Positions 1-11,701 of a DNA stretch of 45,664 bases are shown one piece after another. Source of the DNA: Trichinella spiralis (taxonomy: Eukaryota). The notes under the pieces are model-generated. The model saw nothing but the letters and a program-made list of their open reading frames with translations. It did not search any database and had not been told where the DNA came from. Within the stretch, counting starts at the first letter, position 1, and each line of letters begins with the position of its first letter. Both the position numbers and the translations under genes were made by a program. Where the stretch lies: contig NW_003526943.1 of assembly GCF_000181795.1 (NCBI RefSeq), positions 10,275,284-10,320,947 on the forward strand, given 5' to 3'.

Positions 1-198
1 AGGAATATTAGAAGTTGATCTTCGATTGTAGATAAAATATAAAATGAAAACTAAATATTGTTGCAAAATGGTTATTTAAAATGAAATTCAAAACTGTACA
101 ATTTATTTTCACTTTTGGTGTTGGGTTTGCGTTCAGTGCTTTCCGTTCCAGAGTTATTCGAATCATTTTCTATTCTGTTCCTTGTTATTGCTCAGTAC

Positions 199-602
199 CC
201 TGAGTTACATCTTGTACCAAATCATTGCGGGATTTGGTCCAATTCGGTGGTATGGTAGGCAGGATATATAAATTAAAACGTGCCCGCAAACAGAAATATT
301 GGAGATGTTCAAAAGTATGCGCTGAATGTACAGCATGTTCCTAGTTATTAACAATTACTTTATATTGGTATAGAATAAAGAAGGAGGCGGGGGTGCAGTG
401 TGGACAGATTTAGAAGTTCCGGCTGGGATCGATCGAAAAGATCACGTTGAAACCTGCCGGGTAGATGAGTACCTGGCCTATATAGACTGATGGCAACCGT
501 AAAAACTTGGGGTACGGATGGTACATTCAAGGTTGTACCTCAATGATATCAATAGTATTTTACCATCCATGCCATTGTGGCGAGTAAGCTGGTGCCAGTA
601 GT
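199..602 (+). mobile_element. Degenerate Mutator-like (MULE) transposase remnant: FLYWCH zinc finger plus start of the MULE DDE domain, running into the N-gap at 603-612
   Basis: Manual translation gives PELHLVPNHCG (from 199), then after a frameshift GRIYKLKRARKQKYWRCSK (from 258; FLYWCH-like). From ~484 it reads RLMATVKTWGTDGTFKVVPQ*YQ*YFTIHAIVASKLVPV, containing the MULE DGTF motif with two in-frame stops. Confidence 0.85.
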
Positions 603-1030
603 NNNNNNNNNNTCTTGAATGTAATAACAGAAAATATTAAAAAAAACAAGAAGCGATGTATCACACAACACAGCTTTTCAATACATGCAATACAAGTGCA
701 TAAACAAATATAAAAAATATGCGTGTTTCACAGTTGTAAATGATTGACAGCTAATATACAAGGGCTTTAGCATGACTTGTGGCATGTAAAATGAACTGAG
801 GTGAAAAGCTGTGTAAGAAAATTACACTACACATTGTTTGTGTAAACTGGCGCAAACAGAAGACAAAGAAAACCAGCTTCTTGACATCTATCTGATTTCT
901 GATTGTCAGCTTAATGAGAGGGCTGCAGTTCTACACGAATGGACTTCTGCATTAAATTATTAAAATTTCAGATAACTTTCATCAACTGATAAATGTTGCT
1001 AAACACGTAAATGAATTTGCAAAAAGAAAC

Positions 1031-4000
1031 TCATATAATCACGCAACAACGGCAATAACGGTGCTGATTACGACGCTGGTGAACAGGAGGAGTTGCAGGA
1101 GCGAAGTAAGCGTGAACCATGACTGTTGGTAAATTTTGCTAAAACAACAAATATGCCTCAATCATGCTTTTTTAAAGTTACAGTATAACGTAGAACGATA
1201 TTGTTATTAGCACAAAATAAAAATGGAAATTTTACCTTAAATCTGCGGATTCCACTTCGCGTAACTTGTTGACAGTCGTACAATTCAATGCGTTTCAGTG
1301 TGCGACATTCTTGTAAGCTTTCCAATGCTTGGTCAGTTATCAACGGACAGTTGTCCAATTCAAGCACATTCAATTTCTCTTGTGCACTAAGACCCTGAGC
1401 CAGAGACCGAATTCCTTCATCTGTTATCAATTCACAGTGCGACAAACTCTTAAAAAATGTAAGAGAAAAATACATTTATTTCTTTTACCATCTTACTCTG
1501 CCTCCCACTTTCCCTCCAAAAAACAATTATTATTAATATTCAAACTTTCTCACCAGCTCAATTAAATTACGGCAACCTGTCGCCAAATGAGATGCTGTTT
1601 GATCAGTTATCTACAAATAATAACGCTACATATATACGGATAATTTTATACGTCAACACAGAACTGTTATCGCACTAACAAAGAAGCATATGAACACATA
1701 CCAAAGAACAATCTTCCAAATCCATTCGTTCAAGATCGTGACAATTCTGAAAAGGAAAAATGAAATAAATAACTCTTTAAAAGCAACACTTGCTGCTGCA
1801 TTATAGCTGTAGCAAAAAATAACTGTTAAATTCCCGTCTCGCTTACTTTAGCCAAAGCATGGAAACCACTGTCCGTTAACAATGAACATCCGGACACTTC
1901 CAAATCTCTGAAAGCATTATTAAGTAAAGTTGAGAAGCATTTTTTAAAATTTAAATCAAATTCTTAATCACTTAAGCAGTTGGCATCCAAGAGACAAAGA
2001 CTGTAGAGCTCGATCTGTTATTCTAGAACACATGGATAAACAAAGATAATCCAGCCGATGGCAACCGTTTGCTATGTAACTGATTCCTTGGTCAGTGATA
2101 TGCTGAAATAGAAAAAAGACACAAATGACATTATGTTCAAAAAAACAATCAATATCATAATTTTAAAATATAATTTGCTGTCCTCTATGTGTAGTACACA
2201 GAATTTATAAATAAATATAAATGACGTACAGAATCAATTTATTTCAAAAGTAAATTTCTGGAAAAAAATGTATGAAAGTTGGTTAATCTTAGAATTAAAT
2301 CAATTATTACTGTGTAGAAAATTAAGCATTACCGAACAACTTTGCAAGTTGAGAACCCGTAAATCGTGACAATGTTCACCAACGTGTCTTAAGCCTTCGT
2401 CCGTCAACTTAAGAAAATTCAATACAGATTAGAATCAAATAATTCAAAATGAAAAGTTAAAAAAACAAGCAATAAATAAATAAATAAATAAATAAACACT
2501 CACCCCTGTACAGCCTTTGCAAATGAGCGCCTTCATTCTTTTGCTGCCCTTAGCAACGGCTTCCAAGCCTTCGTCCGAAATGTGATTGCACCAAGAGATA
2601 TTCAACCATTCCAGATTTGGACATCCATCACTGAAAAATCAAAAAAAAATTCAAAAATGAAAACAAAAGAATCATAAAAAAAATTAACCTGATAAATTTT
2701 AAGCCTCGTTCGGTGATCCCCGAAATACAATCCAAATTCAACACTCTCAACCGTTTGCAATGCAAACCCAAACTTTCGCATGTACTGAAAAAAAAGAAAT
2801 AAATCATAAACATCATTTGCATTATTGTTGTCAATAAAAATTTTAGGTAAATGGTAAAAACGTATTCTCACCTGTCGCTCAAGCGCTTGCATTTTTCAAG
2901 ATTCAATTCTTCAATGAAATTGCACTTTCGTGCGAATGTGCTGAAATGATTTTAAAATTGACATTACAAAATTTTTTTTGTTATCAAAAAACACAAAAAT
3001 AAGATAATATGAAATCATAAATAAAAATTTACTCCAATGCTCCATCTTGAACACTTTCACAGCCTCGAAGGCTCAGCTTTTTCAAAAAGCCGCCGCAACG
3101 TTTGGCCAAATTTTCAACAACGGATGCCTGAGAACAAAAAAAAAGAAGAAATAATAAATTCACAATTTTCTGAAAATGTCATAAAATTGTTTTTTCAACA
3201 TGCACAGTCAAACAGCGCAGCGGTTTTCAATCTCACTTTTATAAATGTCTAACAAATTTAGTTTCTCCCATCCTGATGACGATGATAGTGAAGATTCATA
3301 TTTTTCACCCGCTATAAAATTCGATCTTATTTTTCTGATTGGCTGTTCGCTGATAAGCTGACGGCGTTTGATCGGTAACTGGCAATTGACTTATGCTAAT
3401 TTATTTATTTATTAATTTCTGAGGTAGAATTATTGATCAAAACTGAATAACAAATAATATAGCACAAGTCCATCACCAATTACCGATCAAACGGCGTACC
3501 TCATTTTCAACCATCTGAATGAGCACTGCTTCAATAATTATTTTTTATTCTTTTGTTCACTGTGAAACGTTTAACAATCATGAGTAGTGGATAAAAAATA
3601 AAATAAAATAAAAACAAAACACTACATTCAGTTGGTATTAGAAACATCCCTTCCAAGTGTACAGTTAGCTGAAACAACTATTTGTTTGACTGTCACAAAA
3701 TTAAAATTGACAACTTTACTGCTGTTTTTCTAAAATGTGAGTAAACAAAAAATCAAATTATTTATTGATGTAAATGTTGGGAGTAATTAAAAAAGAACAA
3801 AATTACCGTTTGACTTAATGTTTTCTTCGACCCTGTCTACAGTACAATTAGTAGATGTAGAAATGAATCATTTCATAAGTACAGTTACTGTGTTAGTTAA
3901 GTTAATGTTAAATGGAAAATTAATTTCATTTAAACAATACACATCGCCTCACTTCAATAACAAATAAAAACACAAATTTAAATAAAAGTAATCAACTTCC

Positions 4001-4497
4001 GCCTCAAACAAGTAAATTAACTGTTTCAGGAAGTTACGTGGCTCTTTCGACTCACTTCACTAATTTCTTCATGCAGTTGCGTTTATATATATATTTTTTT
4101 TTTTAAATTATTACACGTATTTTTTCAACATAATCATACATTTTTTTTCCAATAAAAGTGAAAATTTTAAAAGCAACTTTCAAATAATGAATTTGAAAAT
4201 TGTTTAAATTATTTTTTTTCAATCATTCGTTACCTTAATATCTTTTTGGAATTGAAATAAATCAACATTCTGCCAATTGCTTCCGTCCAAAGCTAAAATG
4301 TTCCACGTACGACAAACTTGAGCACATCGACACAAACTAACAATATCCAAATAGGAAAAGATCCTGAAATGAAACAATTACTGTAAAATTTTTCAACCAA
4401 TCAAAAACAGACAAACTAACCTGAGTATTAGTTCTTCTGGAAGTTTGCGATTCATCAAACCTTCTTCATTTAACGGAGCAGACGAATGCAAATTAAT
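1031..4497 (-). CDS. FBXL20: F-box/LRR-repeat protein of the FBXL2/FBXL20 family; first coding exon unresolved, upstream of 4497
   Basis: 13 GT-AG exons: 4421-4497, 4234-4363, 3033-3128, 2872-2940, 2689-2784, 2504-2630, 2333-2407, 1972-2102, 1847-1907, 1702-1746, 1554-1610, 1236-1448, 1031-1138. They encode an F-box (LPEELILRIFSYLDIVSLCRCAQVCRTW), Cys-containing LRRs (LSHCELITDEG, LELDNCPLITD) and the C-terminus VHAYFAPATPP...RYCRCCVII*. FBXL2 versus FBXL20 orthology cannot be separated by eye. Confidence 0.92.
2471..2496. repeat. (AAAT)n microsatellite in an FBXL intron
   Basis: About six tandem AATA units are visible. Confidence 0.8.
3361..3497. repeat. Intronic inverted repeat: 38-bp arms with a 61-bp AT-rich spacer
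   Basis: Arm 3361-3398 is the reverse complement of arm 3460-3497 with 6 mismatches. Confidence 0.85.
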
Positions 4498-5581
4498 CTT
4501 AAATTAATGTAAAATAAAAATTAATAACAAAAATTTTCTCTTGAACAACAATAAACAAATGCATTAAAAAGTGAAACAATTTATTATATCATACCGTTTC
4601 AAAATTTTTCAACCACAATCTGAAAACTTTCCCGATTTTATTTTTAATTAATTAATGTATTTATTTTTTAAAATATCTGAGAAAACAGAATTGAATGGAG
4701 ACAATAAAAATGAAAAAAATTTTCAACAGATTTTTCTATTAAAATTGATGATGACCACCGTTGTCAACAGAAAACTCATGCCGACAGAAAATATTTGTTT
4801 TTTTTTCCAATTGATTAAAATCAATTAAAATGAAAAAAAGAAAACGGAAAACTAATCAAGTAAGTCTGTCATCTTTCGTTATTACACCAATATGCATGGA
4901 TCATCATCAAGTATGTATTTGCTTTTGATTAAAATATTTTTAATCAACATTAATTGTATACTGTTGTAAACAATTTCCTGCACAGGCACGGTGTTCGAAT
5001 GTGACAATTTCAAAATTTCCCATGCAGAACAGAATTGAAACGAACATTTCATATATAATACGGGTGCAATTTCTTATGCATGAATAATTTTCACATATTT
5101 AAAAAAGAATTATATTTTTAAAAATTGCTTTTACCCTTTTCATTATTGTTGTCAATAGAAGTTTCACCCACTGTCCAGTAATTAATATTTCTTTTACTCT
5201 CTCTCCAAAAACGTTTATTCAAACGAACAAAGCTCTCCACCACCAAAAAAATTTTAATTAAATAAATAAAATTATTTTTTCCTACTGATAAATTAAAACA
5301 ATACAAAAAAGTAAGTATTCATTGGTGTGAAAGTATGTGCGCGTTTGGTTTGCTTGCTTGCTTGCTTGCTCCTTTTTACGAAATTCAATTATACCAAATA
5401 ATAAATTACCATGGAAGTGGGAAGAAAAAAAATTCAATTGCACAGCTTAATTTCCCTGGTTGAACTGATGATGATGTGGTGAAGAAATTTCTCTGAGAGT
5501 GCAATTAAAAATTCTTTTTTTTTGCTTTTTTCAACTTTCAATAAAAACATTCCACTCTCCCTAGTATTATATATATTTATA

Positions 5582-5582
<1 letters not shown>

Positions 5583-5612
<30 letters not shown>
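5583..5612. repeat. (AGT)n microsatellite
   Basis: About ten tandem AGT units. Confidence 0.85.
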
Positions 5613-8600
5613 CATTGAAAATTAAAAATAATAATTCACATTTCTCTCCATTGATCTATACTGATCAACAGTAGTGTATGCAAAATAGAAATTCACTAAT
5701 ACTAATAATAAGCGCAACAATAACATAAATGACTAACCTGACGTTCTGCTACCATGTAACAGTCGATAAACTGAGGCAAACGACCTAACGACATGTCGAA
5801 CAACAACAACAAGTGATGGTAAAAAGAAGCAGATGCCACAAAGTTTGAGAAAGTTGTAAATATTTAAAGAGAATTTCTTTTTTAATATTTGTGAATAATA
5901 AGAAAAATCACTTGCTAATCTAAAAGCTATTTTACTCAAGAAACACAGAACCAACAAACGACATACACACTATTAAAAAGCTCCAATGCAAGAGAGGCAA
6001 GATGCAGAAATGAATGAATATAAATAAATAAAAAGAAGAGAAAAAGCACACGCACTCTGTAGATACCCTGCCTGCCGCCAGAACAGATGCGCACCATCTT
6101 GTCAGTGACGCGACCAAGCCAGGCGGCTATATCATGCCAGTCATATTGGTTCCAGATGTGGGCCGCCGTCACATTCATCTTCCTCTCTCTCTCTCTTTGT
6201 CGCTATTTTTTATTTATTAATATGGAAAATTAATCTTTTTTTTTGGGAAAATATTAAAATTCACAAACGTAATCGCAGCACAGCACAAGAAGTAACAACA
6301 CAATGATCACTAGCGTTGGGTTGCACAGATAGATATATATTTTTTTTTCTTCTTTTATTTTTTTAGTTAGCTAGCTAATATCCACGTTGCAACTAGGTCA
6401 ACAATTGGACAAGAACCAACTGACCGATCGACCGATCGACTGAACGGCGTCAGTTGTCGTTAGCAGGAAAAATAAAAAAAAGAAAAATCAATCACCAACT
6501 GACAAATATGGAGAAGAACAATTTCCACAGAAATCTGTACACTTTTACACGGACAGACCAACAATACACTCTAGTCGTTCAGGCATTACATATATATATA
6601 TATATACTTTATCATAATTGAAATTATGACGAATCTTATACATGAATAAGTTGTAGTTGTTATTGTCGTTATTGAATACAATTGGTATCTGCATCGGTGA
6701 ACGGAAATCGACTAACGGTCAATATATACACGTGCATAAAGATATAGGTCTGACCAAATTGTGGACAACAAGTCAGAAGTTGAAGAGACAACAGCAGAAT
6801 CCTCAAGGCCAACATCAAGATAACAAAGAACAATGACGAACAATATTCTGTGACCAAAAGCATAATGGCAGCACACACAACTGTTAAACCAGTTCCATCC
6901 AAGCCGGCCCCAACACGCGCCCTTTCTGTCCTTCGTCCAAAGGCCAAAAGCCGACCCACTCTCCACTACTATTTTTAAGCATCCCATTAAAGACAGCTGT
7001 TCATTCTTCCAAGGACGACAACATGCATCAAAAAAAAACATACAAACCTTGCAAAATCTATATATATATACATCTCATCGAAATATTTGGCAATTTTCTG
7101 CAATGAAAGCAAATTCCATTCAAAAATATTCTCACCAAACTACACAATACTTATATTGTGCCCATTTTTCAAACAAAAAAAAACTTTCAAAAAACAACAT
7201 TGGCATATAATTTGCCAAGTAAATTCCATTCTAAAATTAATTGCCTATCGATTTATTAATTGAAAATATTACATTTGGTGATTGAAATTCAATTAAATTA
7301 AACCTTTTTTAATAAACAAATTCAAAATACAAACAAGAAATGACAGACAACCAGCTGATTGACTGGTTGCACATCAGCTGTGCAAATTACCAAAATATTG
7401 AAAAAAAAACAGAACATCAGCTGATTGACATTTTTGCAACAGGCATTTTGTGAGAAATCATAATGAAATTATGCTTTTTTTTCATTGTAATTATCACTTT
7501 TCTGCAACCAATAATAAACGATTTATATTGCAAAATTAAATATTTATTTGTTCATTTTAAAGAATATTTTTAGTCTGTTCTATTGGAAAAATAATAAAAT
7601 TCGATATCTTTTCACAATATCTTTAGTAGCGAAAATTGTGAAATTCTGCCACGTATAAATACTATAAATAATTTCAATCTTTTTTGCAAATAAATCATAA
7701 TGCAGTGCCGAAAAAATTATGCAAATTTTCAAATGATGAATAAATGGAAAAAAGAATTTGAATATTTTTGTTATCATGCTAATTATAATTGTTTGTTGCA
7801 ACGAATTGCCAATTTGAAAATGTTACAACTTAAGCCTACAAACACACACCAGACACAGAGACAAAAAATTATGCCTGCCCTTTTGTTCTGCAAATAACAA
7901 AAGCGAAGCGTGATGAAGAAGAGAATGAACATTCCCACTTTGTATAGTAAAGAATTCTTATACAATGCATAAAAGTCCCAATTTTTTCTGAGCCAAAGGT
8001 TTCGTCAAACAAGTATTAGAATAAAAATTGTTTCATTGATCTTCTTTTCATTTTGAAATCGAAACTGCCTGCCTCCAAATGCCCATTTTGTGCACGTCTG
8101 TCTGCCTATTTATCTATATAGCAACTTTTATTGCTGAAATTTGAAATTCAACTGGGAAATAAAAGTCCAACCAAGAGCAGCATTTGCAAAACAAGAAAAA
8201 AATATTACGTAATATAAAATACTTCATAATAAAACATCGACGCATCAGAACAAAAGTCTCGTAACGTGAGCTTGCTTATTTATCGCTTAAACAGAATGCC
8301 GAATTTGTTGCTCTGAAACATATACACTGCTATATTTCGAGCTGTGAAAAGGTCGATCAATAAAGCTGTTCAATAAAAAGGGGAAAAAGTTTAGCTCAAA
8401 ACACAATAGCCGATTCCCCAAAAGAATATACAAGGCGTTACCTCCAATTTGTGCTTCACATTTCCGCTCTCGTTCATTTTCCGTCTTTTGTTTGCGATGG
8501 TCATTTAGACGATTTCAATACTGAGCAGCGGTCAAGAAAACGGCTATATCGGCTAAAAGAACTGAAAATCAATCATCAATCTGCGCATCAATGCAAACCC

Positions 8601-10240
8601 CGCAAGACCAGCAGCAGCATCAGAAAACGCGAATATGCTGCAAATATCCTTAAAAAACTTTTTTCACTTTAAAACACCTCCAACCTCCTCCACCACTACC
8701 GGCAATTTTCAACTGACTCTCAACTGGACCGACGAGCAGTATATTGTTGCAAAGTGAATAATTCTTTTGCCTAAATCATCCACCGCCGTACAGTACAACC
8801 GCTCTGATCGGAACGAACTTTAAATTGCACTTTGTTCATTTTTTGACACCAACATCGACGTCAAGAACAAGATGCTATCACACAACTTGCACTATCAATT
8901 GGCAACAATAAAAATTTGCATCATTATTTGAGCACACATATTGTCAAGTCAATCTGCTTCCGGTGGAAAAATCACTCACGAATTTCCAATCTTCTCAACA
9001 TCAGCAACACTGCGAACAAAATTAATTCACTTTTCTCACTCTAGATATGCTCTAAAAGTTTCGCTCATCTGAAGAACAACTTCTTATCTGTCTTCAATTG
9101 CTGCACAAGAAAACAAAAATTAACAAACAAGCTGTTCAGAAGAAAAACACCACTTAAACTTTACAACAGAATTATGATTGTGAAAAATAAAGAAGAAAAA
9201 ACAATTTTACGCCAAAATTCTGCTGTTATATTCTTTTTTGTTTGTTCAATTGCAATTTTCTTCTTCACTGGTTTCCAACTGGAAAATATATCTCAAAAAT
9301 TGTCAATATTTACCATATGACAGTCTATACAATTTCAGAATTTTCAAAGATATCGGCAATGCAAAACTAAGCTGAACTGTCCAATGTCGTCAGCAACCAA
9401 CAACATTAACAACACAAAATGCAACGCCAAGTCAGCGTTGAAATTGGTGCAGTGCACAAGTTTCTCATTTTTGTACAATTAAAAAAAATAACTGGTAAAT
9501 TGTGCTGAAGCTACATACTGATAGCTGTGCAGTGCTGAAAAAGTGGATTCACCCACGAAAACCCAAATTGGGACTCTTATCACTCCTCAGTATAGATCAC
9601 GTGAAAATTACGGTATAAAGATTTTCAAGTTGATATAAAAGTTACGGTATACAAGAGTTACAAGAGGTATTGAAATGGACACATTTTTAAGCTGGAAATA
9701 AATAAATATAAAATGTAATTTTACAAATTGTGCTTTGATATTTTAGAAAAAATATTATATTAAAAAAGTTCGACAAAAAATACACTAAGGACAAGCGAAT
9801 AAATTCAACTTTGATTAATATTTATTTGAAACTACTTGTATTGATAAATTGATCTTAAGATGGTAAAGTAGTAAATTCGCTGCAAATTGACAACGCACCG
9901 AAATTATTGAAAAACGTAAAGTAACAATAGTTGATCAATGTGTGATAATAAATTACATTTCACTTTGTGCAATTTTGTATCATATAACTCATCCCTAACG
10001 ATTATAGTGTGAAATATATTGCGTCGAAAATACATCTAAAATATTATTATTATTATTGCAATGCACTTTAATTGCAGTTTCAATTCAATTTGATTTGAAT
10101 AATAAATGCAAACAATTTTTTGTTTCTTTCAACAGAGAGTATCCCAAAAGTTTTCCTCAAAAATACAAGCTAACAGTGGTAAGCAGACACTCTCTATCGG
10201 AAAAAAGTTGAAAAGTGACTTTTATAAAAGAAAAATTTTA

Positions 10241-11701
10241 TTAAACTGCAAGCGCATCATTTTCTGCTGCTTCTTCATAATTAATCTGTTTGATGATATC
10301 CAAGAATTCAGAATTGCCTTCAAATTGTTTCTCAGCTCTAACTGACTCGATAATTCTATTTATATGTGCACCAGTGTGAACAGCTGTGGCTATCACTTTC
10401 AAAAATGAACTATTCATCAATGCACCACGTTTCAAACTGCCAATATATGTAACTCGGGCATATTCCAATTCATCACCACTAATACCAATCACCATGATTT
10501 TGTGCATGCATTCTGATTCTTTCTGGCTAGAAATAAAAAGGATACATTCAATCGATTGATGTGTATAATAAATTTAAATAATACAAAGTTATGAAAAACA
10601 AAAATCACATCTACAGCCTACTTCATGTCGATGATGTGCATGGTTCCGTAAATTCCAATCGTAACCAACATTGGAACATTCGAAATATTTAAACTGAAGC
10701 CTTTGTTGATGTCATTTTCAATATTAATTGTTCGAGTATCATTTTTCGGACACGAAGCTTCTACCTGAGGAATGATAGTATTGTGCAGAGCCATTTTTAC
10801 TGCAATTGAAGCGACGTCAAATAAATTTCCGCCTTTTCCCATAATTAACAAATCAACTTTTAAATTCCAACACAAACGGCCAGTCACTAAGCACAGTTGT
10901 TTTCGATCAAATGCTGACTGACTGTAGTAAGCTTGTTTGAAAATACGACTAATATTTTCAGCTTCTTTGACATCATCTAAAACCGACAACACATCAACAA
11001 CGAACAACAAAACATACATGTGTTCTTCCAAAATAATTACAATTTTTCAAATAGTAACGTAATTTACGTACGTAAGAAAAATGAACCTATGAAGATTGTA
11101 TAAGGATAAAAACTAAAAAAAATACTTGTAAAAATATTTTAAAGAGAGAATATCAAAATTAATTTTTAAAGAAAACTTTTAAATTAAATAATAAATGTAT
11201 GAACTGTAGATTCAAAAGTTTTTTTGCAATAAATGAAATTTTAATTTGCGTTATAATTAATCTAAATAACAAAACATTATCTAAAAACGAACCATCACTG
11301 TAAAGTAAAAAAGCAAAATAATTAAAAAATATTTTCATTTTCGGTATTTTCTTACTGGATGTTTCTTCGTCACTTTCTTCAGAAATGAAAAATCGAGATT
11401 TAAATTCAATCATCCCTTGGTCGGGAGCAGTTTCCAACGGTGTTCCAAAGTCAAGCCATACCGAAGCGGTAACGCTCATTTCACCAATTTGGACGAGTGC
11501 TGAACCATTGGCACTTTCAATTACATTAGTGCGGATCAGCACAGGACGAAAGCGATCTCTGCTGAACAACAATTAAAATTACAATTCATAGTTCTTTTTT
11601 TAAATTCATGCTATAAACCTTCTTCCGTCTTCTCGGATGTTCATTTCAAAACCTTCAGTTACGTAGAACATTTCTCCTTTAGAAAATTTCACGCTCTCCA
11701 T
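10241..11701 (-). CDS. EXOSC7: Exosome complex component RRP42 (RNase PH fold)
   Basis: Four phase-consistent exons: 11619-11701, 11356-11561, 10622-10976, 10241-10526. The N-terminus MESVKFSKGEMFYVTEGFEMNIREDGRSRDRFRP...ANGSA and the motifs LCWNLKVDLLI..GGNLFD and ALHNTIIP match Rrp42. Confidence 0.88.

Noticed and set aside
3420..3441. let-7-family seed TGAGGTAG on the plus strand
   Set aside because: It lies in the AT-rich spacer of the inverted repeat rather than in a paired arm, the remainder does not match let-7, and an 8-mer is expected by chance in 45 kb.
7580..8672. Short hydrophobic ORFs in AT-rich DNA (also e.g. 13248-13451, 26934-27284, 27645-28292, 44283-44882)
   Set aside because: Low-complexity F/I/L/K-rich translations with no motifs or splice support; those inside the duplication are not listed as equivalent ORFs in the other unit.
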